From assembly GCA_963556905.1 (NCBI GenBank), contig CAUWAY010000003.1, positions 920-64,919 on the forward strand: a stretch of DNA of 64,000 bases, written 5' to 3'. The notes beneath the pieces are model-generated. The model was not told the origin of the DNA. It saw only the letters and a list, made by a program, of their open reading frames with translations, and made no database searches. The translations under genes were made by a program, and so were the position numbers. Position 1 is the stretch's first letter; each line of letters begins with the position of its first letter. The DNA is from an uncultured Clostridia bacterium. Its GTDB lineage: Bacteria > Bacillota > Clostridia > TANB77 > CAG-508. This document shows, in pieces, positions 1 to 10,496 of this stretch.

Positions 1-680
1 ATTGCGTGGCGGATTGCACGTTCTACACGAGATGGAGTTGTATGATATTTTTCTGCTATTTTAGGATATAAACTTTTAGTAATTTGATTTATCACATCTA
101 TGTCAGTAACTACCATTATTATCGCCTCTCTTAAATATTGATATCCTTTGATATGTGCAGGAACTCCAACTTCATGAATTACATTTGTAACTAATGCTTC
201 TAAATTAGTTTTTTGGTCATCACTATTGTTTGAAATTTCAATATATTGGGGTTTTTGAATAGCCATATCTTTTGATATAAAGCTATTTGCTTGTGTTGGT
301 TTAAAATTTTTTAATTCTCTAATTCTTGTAATTAATAAATCAATGTCAAAAGGTTTTACTACATAATATTCTGCTCCTAATTCTACTGCCTTTCTTGTTA
401 TTTTGTCTTGTCCTACTGCTGATAACATTATGCAGATTGGTTTTTTACTTATTTTAATCATATTTAATTTTTCTAAAACCCCTATTCCATCTAAATGTGG
501 CATGATTACATCTAATAATACTACATCTGGCATTAAATTATGTATCATATCTAAAGCTTCATTTCCATCTTTTGCTCTTCCTACTACTACCATGTCCTCT
601 TGGCTCTTTAAATATGTAGCTAATGTCATGCTAAATTCTTGGTTGTCATCTGCAATTAAAACTGTGATTTTTTCTCTCAT
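1..680 (-). CDS. spo0A: Sporulation master regulator Spo0A (response regulator); 3' end of the gene runs off the window start
   Basis: Minus-strand ORF with ATG at 680 and a GGAGG RBS at about 687-692. It reads [16 protein letters not shown]... (receiver domain). At the window edge it reads ...[19 protein letters not shown], the signature Spo0A C-terminal helix. It is absent from the ORF track because no stop lies inside the window. The plus ORF 403-756 is antisense noise. Confidence 0.8.
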   Translation of the reverse strand, partial: MREKITVLIADDNQEFSMTLATYLKSQEDMVVVGRAKDGNEALDMIHNLMPDVVLLDVIMPHLDGIGVLEKLNMIKISKKPICIMLSAVGQDKITRKAVELGAEYYVVKPFDIDLLITRIRELKNFKPTQANSFISKDMAIQKPQYIEISNNSDDQKTNLEALVTNVIHEVGVPAHIKGYQYLREAIIMVVTDIDVINQITKSLYPKIAEKYHTTPSRVERAIRHA

Positions 681-770
681 GTTTTTTCCTCCTAATTTTT
701 CTACTGTAAAAATTTTACATTTTGATTATAATACTTTGCCCAAATTTTTGCAATAGTTTTTTGGAATTTT

Positions 771-1421
771 TTACCATTTATTTATTTTTTCAACAGTTTT
801 ATTTATATATTTATCTTTAAATCCTAGAATTTTCTTTATATTAATACTTTTTGTTTCAATATCATTTAATAAAATATTTTTTCTATCTTTTTCAATTTCT
901 ATTTTTATATTTATATTTTCTAAATATTCTATTTCTATAATTTTTATATCGTTTGTTTTACAATAATATTTAAAAAATTCAAAATTAGGATAATCTATGC
1001 TAATTTCTACTTCAAATCCTTCTACTTTATATATTAAATCACTTTTTTCAATTGCCTTTTGCGTTACTTCTGTATACGCTCTTACAAGTCCTCCAGTTCC
1101 TAGCAAAACTCCTCCAAAATATCTTGTGACAATTACTACTATGTTACATATTCTATTTTTTTGTAAAACATTAAGCATCGGTGCTCCAGCAGTGCCTGAT
1201 GGTTCTCCATCATCACTTGATTTTTCAATAATTTGCCCTTTTTCTAAGACTCTATATGCTATACAATTGTGTTTGGCATCATGGAATTTCTTTTTTATTT
1301 CTTTTATTTTTTGCTCTGCTTGTTCAATATCCTCTACATTAAATATTGTTGCTATAAATCTAGATTTTTTTTCTACTATCTCCTCTATTTCTTCATTTTT
1401 TATTGTATAAAAATTTTCCAT
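771..1421 (-). CDS. YigZ/IMPACT family protein (UPF0029)
   Basis: 216 aa with KKSRFIA...HNCIAYR...GEPSGTAGAP, typical of the IMPACT/YigZ N-domain. Confidence 0.65.
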   Translation of the reverse strand: MENFYTIKNEEIEEIVEKKSRFIATIFNVEDIEQAEQKIKEIKKKFHDAKHNCIAYRVLEKGQIIEKSSDDGEPSGTAGAPMLNVLQKNRICNIVVIVTRYFGGVLLGTGGLVRAYTEVTQKAIEKSDLIYKVEGFEVEISIDYPNFEFFKYYCKTNDIKIIEIEYLENINIKIEIEKDRKNILLNDIETKSINIKKILGFKDKYINKTVEKINKW

Positions 1422-1450
1422 GAATAGATATTCCTTTCTAAAAAAATAAT

Positions 1451-2713
1451 TTATTCATTATTTCCACAATGCATTCCTGCAGTAAATCCTGTTGAATAAG
1501 CTATTTGCAAATTAAATCCTCCTGTATATGCATCTACATCTATTATTTCTCCAGCAAAATATAATCCTTCTATTAGTTTTGATTCCATTGTCTTTGGATT
1601 AATTTCTTTTGTACTAATCCCTCCACTTGTAATTATCGCTTCTTCTACTGGTCTGAAGTCTTTTACTGTAAATTCGAGTTTCTTCAATAAATTTACTAAC
1701 TTTTTTCTTTCTTCTTTTGTTATTTCATTTACCTTTTTTTCTTCATCTATATTTGTTTTCTCTATAATTAGTGGTATCATTTTTTGTGGTAATAATTTAT
1801 CTAAACTATGTTTGAATTGTTTGTTTTTAAATTCTTTGAAATCTCTTAATATTCTTTCATTTAGTTGCTCTTCTGTTAATGCTGGCTTTAAATCTATATA
1901 AATTTTAATTTTTTTATTTCTAAGTAAGTTTTCAATTTCTTTATATCTTACTAAATGTGCAGAACTACTTAATATTATTGGTCCTGATATTCCAAAGTGT
2001 GTGAATATCATTTCTCCAAAGTCTTCATATATTAATTTGTTTTTATTTTCATCTATAATCTTTATTCCTACATTTTTTAAGCTTAATCCTTGAACTTTTC
2101 TACATTCTTCTTTTTCAAATATTACTAATGGTACTAATGATGGTTTGATTTCTGTAATTTTATGGCCTATTTCTGAAGCAATTTTATATCCATCTCCATT
2201 TGAACCTGTTAATGGATAACTTTTTCCTCCTGTTGCTAATATTATTTTGTCTGTTTGTATTATTTGTTTTTGTGTTCTTAGCCCTAATATTTTGTTATCT
2301 TTTATTAAAATTTTTTCTACTCTTGTATTTAACATACATTTTATATTTAGTTCATTTATTTTCTTTAAAAAGCAGTTTAATACGTCTACTGATTTGTCTG
2401 TTACTGGAAATATTCTGTTTCCTCTTTCTTCTTTTACTTCTAAACCTTGATTTTTCAGAAAGTTTATTATGTCTGTGTTTGTGTAATTTTGAAATGCACT
2501 GTAAAGAAATTGACCATTTCCTGGTGTATTTTTTATAAATTCACTCATATATAATGAACTTGTTATATTACATCTTCCTTTTCCAGTTATTAATAATTTT
2601 TTTCCAAATGATGGCATCTTTTCTATTATTGTTACTTCGTTTCCATATTCTGCTGCTGTTATGGCCGACATCATTCCTGCTGGTCCTGCTCCTATTACTA
2701 TTACTTTTGACAT
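1451..2713 (-). CDS. NAD(P)/FAD-dependent oxidoreductase, HI0933/BaiN-like flavoprotein
   Basis: 420 aa with N-terminal GAGPAG dinucleotide-binding motif (MSKVIVIGAGPAGMMSAITAA). Length and C-terminal motifs fit the HI0933 family. Confidence 0.65.
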   Translation of the reverse strand: MSKVIVIGAGPAGMMSAITAAEYGNEVTIIEKMPSFGKKLLITGKGRCNITSSLYMSEFIKNTPGNGQFLYSAFQNYTNTDIINFLKNQGLEVKEERGNRIFPVTDKSVDVLNCFLKKINELNIKCMLNTRVEKILIKDNKILGLRTQKQIIQTDKIILATGGKSYPLTGSNGDGYKIASEIGHKITEIKPSLVPLVIFEKEECRKVQGLSLKNVGIKIIDENKNKLIYEDFGEMIFTHFGISGPIILSSSAHLVRYKEIENLLRNKKIKIYIDLKPALTEEQLNERILRDFKEFKNKQFKHSLDKLLPQKMIPLIIEKTNIDEEKKVNEITKEERKKLVNLLKKLEFTVKDFRPVEEAIITSGGISTKEINPKTMESKLIEGLYFAGEIIDVDAYTGGFNLQIAYSTGFTAGMHCGNNE

Positions 2714-2931
2714 TTATTCATTATGTTAGCTTTGCTAACATTTCCCTCCTTCTAATTCTTTTATATTATATGTTAACAGATTTTATATCAAAAATCAATA
2801 TCTCCTTTTATGCTGTTTTACTACATTTAAAAAAAACTCTTGAAAAACTTAAAGAATTTCTTCAAAATGTCTTGACAAATTGCGAAAATCCTATTAAAAT
2901 ATATAATGTGCTCACAAATGAGCTAATTAAT

Positions 2932-3009
2932 GGTGGATGTGGCGTAGTTGGTTAACGCGCCAGTTTGTGGCACTGGAGACCGTGGGTTCGAGTCCCATCT
3001 TCCACCCCA
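2932..3009 (+). tRNA. tRNA-His (anticodon GTG), with extra 5' G(-1)
   Basis: Cloverleaf read by hand. D-stem is GCGT/ACGC. Anticodon stem is CCAGT/ACTGG with loop TTGTGGC (GTG anticodon). T-stem is GTGGG/CCCAT with TTCGAGT loop. The acceptor stem has one T-T mismatch. G-1 pairs with C73, as is typical of tRNA-His. CCA is encoded. Confidence 0.7.
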
Positions 3010-3025
3010 TTACTTTCTTATATAC

Positions 3026-3100
3026 TGGGCTGTAGCCAAGCGGTAAGGCATTAGACTTTGACTCTAACATGCGCTAGTTCGAATCTAGCCAGCCCAACCA
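3026..3100 (+). tRNA. tRNA-Gln (anticodon TTG)
   Basis: Begins TGGGCTGTAGCCAAGCGGTAAGGC, like Bacillus tRNA-Gln. Anticodon stem is TTAGA/TCTAA with loop CTTTGAC. T-arm is GCTAG-TTCGAAT-CTAGC. The acceptor TGGGCTG/CAGCCCA pairs perfectly. CCA is encoded. Confidence 0.8.
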
Positions 3101-3102
3101 TT

Positions 3103-3127
3103 AACGGATTTTATATCCGTTTTTTTA
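3103..3127 (+). terminator. Rho-independent terminator after the tRNA pair
   Basis: Hairpin ACGGATTTTATATCCGT followed by a T-run. Confidence 0.5.
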
Positions 3128-3221
3128 TATTATATAAAGGTAATACTTGCCTACCATATAAAAATCTACAATCACTTTTTCTATAAAATAAAAAGTATGC
3201 CAATTACTCAGCATACTTTTA

Positions 3222-4733
3222 TTATAAATCTTGCATATCTTTTGTATCAACTTCAAAGTAAAATTCTACTCCATTTTCTTTATTTTCGACTCCAAAATCA
3301 TTTCCATAATTATTCATAATTGCTCTTACAATTGAAAGTCCTATTCCGCTTCCTCCGTCTTCTCTATTACGTGCTTCATCAACTTTAAAAAATCTATTCC
3401 ATATACGTGGTACATTTTCATCCGAAATATTTTCTCCTGTATTAAACACTGTAACTTTAACTTTTTGCCTTTCTGGTATAATTGTATTTGTTATTTTTAT
3501 TTGCTTATCTCCATCTTTTTCTTCTACATGCTTTATTGCATTTGTTAAATAATTTGTAATTATTTGGCTTATATAAAAATCATCTGCAAAAACATTTATA
3601 TTTTCTTTTGTTTCAAATTCAACATCTACTTTTTTTTCTTGTAACATAACTTTAGAACTTCTAACAATTTCTTTTTCTAATTCTACAATATTAAAAATTC
3701 TATTATTAAATTCTCTTTTTTCATATTCAAGTTTAGTTAGTTCTATTAGTTGTCTTACTAATTTATCCATTTTCCCAGCTTCATCTAAAATTACTTCTGC
3801 ATAAAATTTTCTACTTTCTGGGTCTGTATTTATATTTTCTAAAAGTCCTTCACTATAGCCTTGTATTAGTGCTATTGGTGTTTTCAATTCATGTGATACA
3901 TCTGATATAAAACTTTTTCTCATCTCATCTATTTTTGATTTTTTTTCTATATCTTTTTCTAATTCTATATTAGTATTTCTTAATTGATTTATTGTCTTTT
4001 CTAATTTTTCTGACATTATGTTTATACTTTCACCAAGCTCATTTATTTCATCATCATCTGTTACTATATATTTTTGACTAAAATCTAAATTAGACATCTT
4101 TTTTGCTATTGCATTTAGTTCTGATATTGGACTACTAAATTGCTTAGATATATATATTATTGCAACTCCTCCTATTATTATTACAATACTTGCAATTAAA
4201 TATAAAAATTTATTTGATATTCGTACACTTTCTTGTATTGATGACATTGGCAGTCTTATATATGTTGTATATCCGTTTTCTAATTCTCCTGTCAATAACA
4301 TATATGTTATTTTTGTTTCAGTATCACTTATTTTCTTTATTTCTATGTCATCAGTTTTTTCTAATATATTTGCTTGTTGCTTTTTATCCATCCCCCAAAA
4401 GTCTATAATTCGTCTTATATTTAATAAAAAATCTTTATTTGAAAGATATACAGCTACATTTTCCTCATCTTTTACTATAATATCAAAATCATTTCTTATT
4501 GATATCTTATCTAGTTCATCAGTTATATTGTCTACTATTATTTTTCCGTTATAATAAGCATTTATAGTGTTATATACTGATTTTAATGTATTACTTTTGG
4601 TATATAGATAGTATTTTTCTAGCACAAAACTATTTACTAATATTAAGAATAAAATTATTGATATTACAACTACACATAATGAAAAAAATAGTTTTCCTCT
4701 AACAGATTTTGCTTGTTTTTGAATTATTCCCAA
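3222..4733 (-). CDS. Two-component sensor histidine kinase (HAMP-HisKA-HATPase)
   Basis: 503 aa. It has an N-terminal TM segment, a second TM segment, an H-box (SHELKTPIALIQGYSEGL), and N/G boxes (GGSGIGLSIV). Confidence 0.8.
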   Translation of the reverse strand: MGIIQKQAKSVRGKLFFSLCVVVISIILFLILVNSFVLEKYYLYTKSNTLKSVYNTINAYYNGKIIVDNITDELDKISIRNDFDIIVKDEENVAVYLSNKDFLLNIRRIIDFWGMDKKQQANILEKTDDIEIKKISDTETKITYMLLTGELENGYTTYIRLPMSSIQESVRISNKFLYLIASIVIIIGGVAIIYISKQFSSPISELNAIAKKMSNLDFSQKYIVTDDDEINELGESINIMSEKLEKTINQLRNTNIELEKDIEKKSKIDEMRKSFISDVSHELKTPIALIQGYSEGLLENINTDPESRKFYAEVILDEAGKMDKLVRQLIELTKLEYEKREFNNRIFNIVELEKEIVRSSKVMLQEKKVDVEFETKENINVFADDFYISQIITNYLTNAIKHVEEKDGDKQIKITNTIIPERQKVKVTVFNTGENISDENVPRIWNRFFKVDEARNREDGGSGIGLSIVRAIMNNYGNDFGVENKENGVEFYFEVDTKDMQDL

Positions 4734-4743
4734 TTTTATTTCC

Positions 4744-5424
4744 TCATTTCTTTATTTCAAATTTATATCCTATTCCTCTTATCGTTTCTATATACTTTCC
4801 CTTTTTCCCTAGTTTGTGTCTTATTTTTTTGATATGGCTATCTATTGTTCTTGAATCTCCATAATAATCATAATTCCACACATTGTTCAAGATTTTATCT
4901 CTTGATAGTGCTATATTTTCGTTATCTAATAAATATTTTAATAGTTCATATTCTCTTAAACTTAAATCTACTTGTTTTCCATCTACTTTAACTGTTCTTC
5001 CTTCTTGGTCTAATGTTATTCCGTCATAGTCTTTTATTTGTTTTATGTCTCCATATACTCTTTTTAAAATTGCTTCTACTCTTGCTACTAATATTTTAGG
5101 ACTAAATGGTTTTGATATATATTCATCTACTCCTAATTCAAATCCAAATAGTTCGTCTTGTTCTTCTCCTCTCGCAGTTAACATTATTACAGGCAAGTTT
5201 GATTCTTGCCTTATTTTTCTTAATACCGACCAGCCATCAAGTTTTGGCATCATAACATCTAATAGTATTAGTTTAATTTTGTTTCTATTTTCTTCAAATA
5301 CTTCTATTGCTTTTTCTCCGTCTTCTGCTTCTAAAATTTGAAATCCTTTTGCTGATAAAAAGTCTTTTAAAAGTTTTCTCATTCTTGATTCATCATCTAC
5401 TATTAAAATATATGTTCCTTCCAT
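4744..5424 (-). CDS. OmpR/PhoB-family DNA-binding response regulator
   Basis: 226 aa. It has a receiver domain (LIVDDE...LLDVMMP) and a winged-helix C-terminus (TIDSHIKKIRHKL...IETIRGIGYKF). It lies 10 bp downstream of the kinase gene. Confidence 0.85.
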   Translation of the reverse strand: MEGTYILIVDDESRMRKLLKDFLSAKGFQILEAEDGEKAIEVFEENRNKIKLILLDVMMPKLDGWSVLRKIRQESNLPVIMLTARGEEQDELFGFELGVDEYISKPFSPKILVARVEAILKRVYGDIKQIKDYDGITLDQEGRTVKVDGKQVDLSLREYELLKYLLDNENIALSRDKILNNVWNYDYYGDSRTIDSHIKKIRHKLGKKGKYIETIRGIGYKFEIKK

Positions 5425-5592
5425 TATTTTTCCTCCTCATTATAAATTTTCGTTTATATTTCTTTTTATATTATAGCTTTTATATATGTCTTTTTTGTGA
5501 AAATTTATTGGTAAAATAAAAACGAACCTAAGATTTTCTTTAATTTTCATTTGTTAAAAATCTTAAGTTCGTTTTTATTCGTAATCTTGGTT

Positions 5593-6732
5593 TTAGTTCA
5601 TATAGTCTCTTAGTTTTTTACTTCTACTTGGATGTCTTAGTTTTCTTAGTGCTTTTGCTTCTATTTGACGAATTCTTTCTCTTGTTACATCAAATTCTTT
5701 TCCAACTTCTTCTAGTGTTCTTGCTTTTCCATCTTCTAAGCCAAATCTTAATTTTAATACTTTTGCTTCTCTTGGTGTTAATGTACTCATTACATCTTCT
5801 AATTGTTCTCTTAATAGTGTATATGATGCAGCATCATGTGGTGCTGGTGAGTCTTCATCTTGTATGAAGTCTCCTAAGTGGCTATCGTCTTCTTCTCCTA
5901 TTGGTGTTTCTAATGATACTGGGTCTTGTGCTATTTTTTGTATTTCCATTACTTTTTCAACAGGTATTTCCATTTCTTCTGCTATTTCTTCTGGTGATGG
6001 TTCTCTTCCTAGTTGTTGTAATAGATGTCTTGATGTGCGTATTAATCTGTTTATTGTTTCTACCATGTGTACTGGTATTCTTATTGTTCTTGCTTGGTCT
6101 GCTATTGCTCTTGTTATTGCTTGTCTTATCCACCATGTAGCATATGTGCTAAATTTGAATCCTTTGGTGTAATCAAATTTTTCTACTGCTTTTATTAATC
6201 CCATATTTCCTTCTTGTATTAAATCTAAAAATAACATTCCTCTACCTACATATTTTTTTGCTATACTTACTACTAGTCTTAGGTTTGCTTCTGCTAGTTC
6301 TTGTTTTGCTTCTTCATCCCCTTTTAAAATTTTTTGTGCTAGCTCTAGTTCTTTTTCATATGATAGTAATGGTATTTTTCCTATTTCTCTTAAATACATT
6401 CTTACTGGGTCATCTACACTTATTCCTTCATAACTGCTATCTGTTATTTCGTCTAATTTTAAGTCTTCTACTTCTTTTAGGTCATCTATGTCTGGTTCTT
6501 CTTCAAAGTCATCAGTTAATATGTTTACTCCCATCTCTTCAAAAGCATCAAATACTTTGTCTATTTGGTCAGGATTTGTGTCTTCTAGTTCTTTGGCTAG
6601 TTCTCCATATGTCATTTTTCCTGCTTCTTTAGCTCTTTTTACAATGTCTTTTACTTTATCTATCTCTTGTATTTCTTTATTTTCTACTTTTCCTTCAATT
6701 TGCTCCTGATTTTCTTCTTTTTTCTTTTCCAC
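5593..6732 (-). CDS. sigA: RNA polymerase primary sigma factor SigA/RpoD
   Basis: 379 aa with an acidic N-terminus, region 2 ([28 protein letters not shown]), and region 4 at the C-terminus. Confidence 0.9.
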   Translation of the reverse strand: MEKKKEENQEQIEGKVENKEIQEIDKVKDIVKRAKEAGKMTYGELAKELEDTNPDQIDKVFDAFEEMGVNILTDDFEEEPDIDDLKEVEDLKLDEITDSSYEGISVDDPVRMYLREIGKIPLLSYEKELELAQKILKGDEEAKQELAEANLRLVVSIAKKYVGRGMLFLDLIQEGNMGLIKAVEKFDYTKGFKFSTYATWWIRQAITRAIADQARTIRIPVHMVETINRLIRTSRHLLQQLGREPSPEEIAEEMEIPVEKVMEIQKIAQDPVSLETPIGEEDDSHLGDFIQDEDSPAPHDAASYTLLREQLEDVMSTLTPREAKVLKLRFGLEDGKARTLEEVGKEFDVTRERIRQIEAKALRKLRHPSRSKKLRDYMN

Positions 6733-6744
6733 GAAAATTCACCC

Positions 6745-8541
6745 CTACTTAATTTTTGCTAATGATATTATTATATCATTTAATTTTTTACTTAATTGCT
6801 TTTTTGTTTCCCCATTTTGCTCAATATCTAATTGTTTTAATATTTTTTGCTTTTCACTTTCTAATCTTTCTCTTTCATATTTAGTTAATATGTCATCTAC
6901 TGCTTTGTCTACATTTTCTATTTCATAGTCTGTTGCCATTACCATTGTTATATGGTTTTTGGTTTCTTCATCAAATTCGTCTATTAATTTGTTTATATTT
7001 GCATCTTGCTTTTCTAATTCTGAATATAATTGCTTCGCTATTTTTTGATTTATTTCATCTCTAAAGTCTTCTGGCTTTACTTTTTTCTTTATTTTTTGAA
7101 ATATGTTTATATTGGCATCTAGTAATAATGCTATTATTGTGTTTTCTCTATTTTTTAATGATTCAGCTATTTGTGTTTCTTCTTTTTCTATTTTTTTTGC
7201 TATTTGTATTTCTTTATTTTTGCTTTCTGTTATTTTTTCTATTCTTGAATTTGTGTAAATTAGTTTATTTACTTCTGCATATATTGCTTCTTTTGATATA
7301 TTATATCCTTTTGCTATTTTTTCTATGTATATTTCTCTTTCCATTGTATTTTCTACTTTTGCAAGTATTTTTGCTATTTCGTTTAAGAATTTAATTTTGT
7401 CTGCTACATTTTCTAAGTTTATGTCTTTTTTTAAGTTTTTTACTTTGAATTCTACTAATGAGATTGCATTGTCTACTGCTAGTTTAAATCTTCCTTCTCC
7501 ATATTTTACTATAAATTCGTCTGGGTCTTTTGCTCCTTCTATTTGTAATACTCTCATATCACATCCCATTTTTTGTAGTATTTCCATTGATCTTTCTATT
7601 GCTGTTTGTCCTGCTCCGTCTGCATCAAACCCTAATATTACTTGTTCTGTGCTTTTTCTTAGTAACCAACCTTGTTGCTCTGTTAATGCGGTTCCTAATG
7701 ATGCAACTACATTTTTTACTCCTCTTTGGTGTAGTGATATTACATCCATGTAACCTTCTACTATTATTAGCTTTTTCTTACAGTCATTTTTGGCTATATT
7801 TAGTCCAAATAGATGCCTTCCTTTACTATATACTACATTTTCTGGCGAGTTTATATATTTGGGTTTTGAGTCATCTAGTACTCTTCCTCCAAATGCTATT
7901 ACTTTTCCTCTTACATCACAGATTGGTATCATTAGTCTGTTTCTGTACATGTCTATATATCCTTTGTCTTTTTTTACAATTAGACCTGATTCTAAGATTT
8001 CTTTTTCTCCAAATCCTTCTTTTTTTAGTTCTTTATATAGTTCATCATATTTTCCTGAAAATCCTATTTTATATGCTTCTAATGTTTCTTGTGTTAATTT
8101 TCTTTTTTTTACATATTCTTGTCCTAGTTTAGATGTGGGTTTATATAAGTTTTTATGATAAAATTCTGCTGTGAATTCATTTATTTTGTATATTTTTGCT
8201 TTTAATTCTTCTTTTGCAGTGTCTCCTGTATTTTCTAATGTTGGTAATTGTATGTTTGCTTTTTCTGCTAATTGCTCTATTGCTTCTTTAAATCCTATTC
8301 CTTCTATTTTCATTAAAAATGTGTATACATTTCCTCCTACTCCGCATCCAAAACAGTGAAATATTTGCCTGTCTGGTGACACAGAAAAAGAGGGAGATTT
8401 CTCACTATGGAATGGACATAGTCCAAAGTAGTTTCTTCCTTTTCGAGTTAAATGTACGTATTGCCCAATTATATCTACAATATCGTTGTTTTGCCTTACT
8501 TCATCTATTATTTCTTCGCTATATCGTATCATTTCCTCCAC
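6745..8541 (-). CDS. dnaG: DNA primase DnaG
   Basis: 598 aa with a zinc-binding CPFHSEKSPSFSV...FHCFGCG motif and a TOPRIM domain. It forms the classic dnaG-sigA operon arrangement. Confidence 0.9.
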   Translation of the reverse strand: MEEMIRYSEEIIDEVRQNNDIVDIIGQYVHLTRKGRNYFGLCPFHSEKSPSFSVSPDRQIFHCFGCGVGGNVYTFLMKIEGIGFKEAIEQLAEKANIQLPTLENTGDTAKEELKAKIYKINEFTAEFYHKNLYKPTSKLGQEYVKKRKLTQETLEAYKIGFSGKYDELYKELKKEGFGEKEILESGLIVKKDKGYIDMYRNRLMIPICDVRGKVIAFGGRVLDDSKPKYINSPENVVYSKGRHLFGLNIAKNDCKKKLIIVEGYMDVISLHQRGVKNVVASLGTALTEQQGWLLRKSTEQVILGFDADGAGQTAIERSMEILQKMGCDMRVLQIEGAKDPDEFIVKYGEGRFKLAVDNAISLVEFKVKNLKKDINLENVADKIKFLNEIAKILAKVENTMEREIYIEKIAKGYNISKEAIYAEVNKLIYTNSRIEKITESKNKEIQIAKKIEKEETQIAESLKNRENTIIALLLDANINIFQKIKKKVKPEDFRDEINQKIAKQLYSELEKQDANINKLIDEFDEETKNHITMVMATDYEIENVDKAVDDILTKYERERLESEKQKILKQLDIEQNGETKKQLSKKLNDIIISLAKIK

Positions 8542-8679
8542 TCCTAAACTTAACGAAAATAAAATCTATCTATCGCATAATTATATTATTCGACGTATTT
8601 TACATAATTCCCTCTTTTTTCTAAAAAAATTGTTATTTTTCTTATACATAAAAAATCCCCGTATTTTTACGGGGTCTTT

Positions 8680-10433
8680 TTATTCAATATCATATTTGGC
8701 TTTTGAACTGTATGCAGTATGTAAATATTTGTGTGCTAACTGACTTCCTGGTTTTTCTAAATATTCATTATATATTTGTTTTATTATTGGGTTTTCATGT
8801 GATTTTCTTATTTTGCTTTTTTCATCTATTTCATATAAACTGCTAGCTCTTAATTTTCTTACGTCAATTGTACTTCTTATTTTTGAACTTTTTATTGGTT
8901 GGCCTCCTCCCATTACACATCCTCCTGGACATGCCATTATTTCTACAAAATGATATGGTGATTCTCCTCTTTTTATTTGTTCCATTATTTTTTTTGCATT
9001 TGCAAGTCCACTTGCTACTGCTATTTTTATTTCTTTTCCTGCAATATTTATTGTTGCTTCTTTTATTTCTTTTTCTCCTCTTACTTCTGTATATTCAACT
9101 TTTTCTATATTTCTATTTTCTAATGTGTCAACTGCTGTTCTTACAGCAGCTTCCATTACTCCTCCTGTAGTTCCAAATATTGCTCCTGCTCCACTTGCTT
9201 CTCCCATAGGGTTGTCAAAGTTGCTTTCTTCTAATTGCGTAAAATTTATGTTTGCTTGTTTTATCATTTTTGCTAATTCTCTTGTTGTTATTACATAATC
9301 TATATCTCTAATTCCTTCTACTTCCATCTCTGGTCTACTACATTCATATTTTTTTGCTATACATGGCATTACTGATACTGTACAAATTTTGTTTTTATCT
9401 ATTCCATATTTTTCTGCAAAATATGATTTAATTATTGCTCCAAACATTTGATGTGGTGATTTGCAACTTGATAAGTGATCTAATAATTCTCCATAATTTT
9501 TTTCTGCAAATCTTACCCAACCTGGACTACATGATGTAATCATTGGTAATTTTCCACCATTTTGTATTCTTTCTATAAATTCGTTTGCTTCTTCCATTAT
9601 TGTGAAGTCTGCTCCTGTATTTGTATCAAATACTTTGTCAAATCCTATTCTTTTTAGTGCTGTTACCATTTTTCCTTTGGCATTTGTTCCTATTGGCATT
9701 CCAAATTCTTCTCCTATGGCAACTCTTACTGCTGGTGCTGTTTGAACTACTACATAAGTTTCTGGGTCTTTTAATTTTGCCCATACTTCATTTATTGATT
9801 CTTTCTCATGTAATGCTCCTGTTGGGCAACTTTGAATGCATTGCCCACAAAAAGTGCAGTCTACATCATTTAAACTGTGGTCATATGTTGTTGATATGCA
9901 AGAATCAAAACCTCTCTCAATACAGTCTATTGCTCCTATTTCTTGTACATTTTTACATGTTGCTACACATCTTCTACATAATATGCATTTATTAAAGTCT
10001 CTTACTATTGCTGGTGATTTATTGTCTATTTTGTGTTTTGACATTTCTCCAGGGTATTCTATGTCTAATATGTTAAATTTTACTGCTAGTGCCTGTAATT
10101 CACAGTTTCCTGAACGTGTACATGTTAAACAGTCTTTGGCATGGTTTGAAATTATTAAATCTAATATTACTCTTCTTGCTTCTAATACGTTTGGTGTATG
10201 TGTATGTACTACCATTCCTTCTTCAACTTTTTGTATGCATGATGTTGCAAATCCTTTTCTCCCCTCTACTTCTACTATACACATTCTACAGTCTCCAACT
10301 TCATTTATGTCTTTTAGATAACATAGTGTTGGTATATCTATTCCTACTTCTTTTGCTGCTTGTAATATTGTAGTTCCTTTTTTAGTCTTTACTTCTACTC
10401 CATCTATTGTTAGTGTAATGATTTCTTCATTCA
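8680..10433 (-). CDS. hydA: [FeFe]-hydrogenase catalytic subunit (HydA/HndD-like), part of a trimeric bifurcating-type hydrogenase
   Basis: The sequence carries an N-terminal 2Fe-2S ferredoxin domain, multiple CxxCxxC clusters, and the H-cluster motifs TSCSPGW and MACPGGC. The track ORF extends to 10632, but that extension overlaps the upstream gene. The likely start is the internal MNEEIITL at 10433. Confidence 0.85.
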
Positions 10434-10496
10434 TATTTATTTTTCCTTTCTTTACAACAATTGGGTATTTAGTTACTTTTTTATATTTTCTATGTA

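Noticed and set aside
403-756. Plus-strand 117-aa ORF and many other plus-strand Leu/Phe/Ile-rich ORFs across the window (e.g. 2200-2955, 5628-6632, 7128-8158, 58511-59137)
   Set aside because: They lie antisense to well-supported minus-strand genes such as spo0A, sigA, dnaG and the PBP. They have low-complexity hydrophobic composition typical of AT-rich antisense frames, and no RBS or motif support.
2932-3009. Doubt about tRNA-His because of a T-T mismatch in the acceptor stem
   Set aside because: All other stems, the GTG anticodon loop, the G-1:C73 feature and encoded CCA fit tRNA-His. A single acceptor mismatch is tolerated, so the call is retained.
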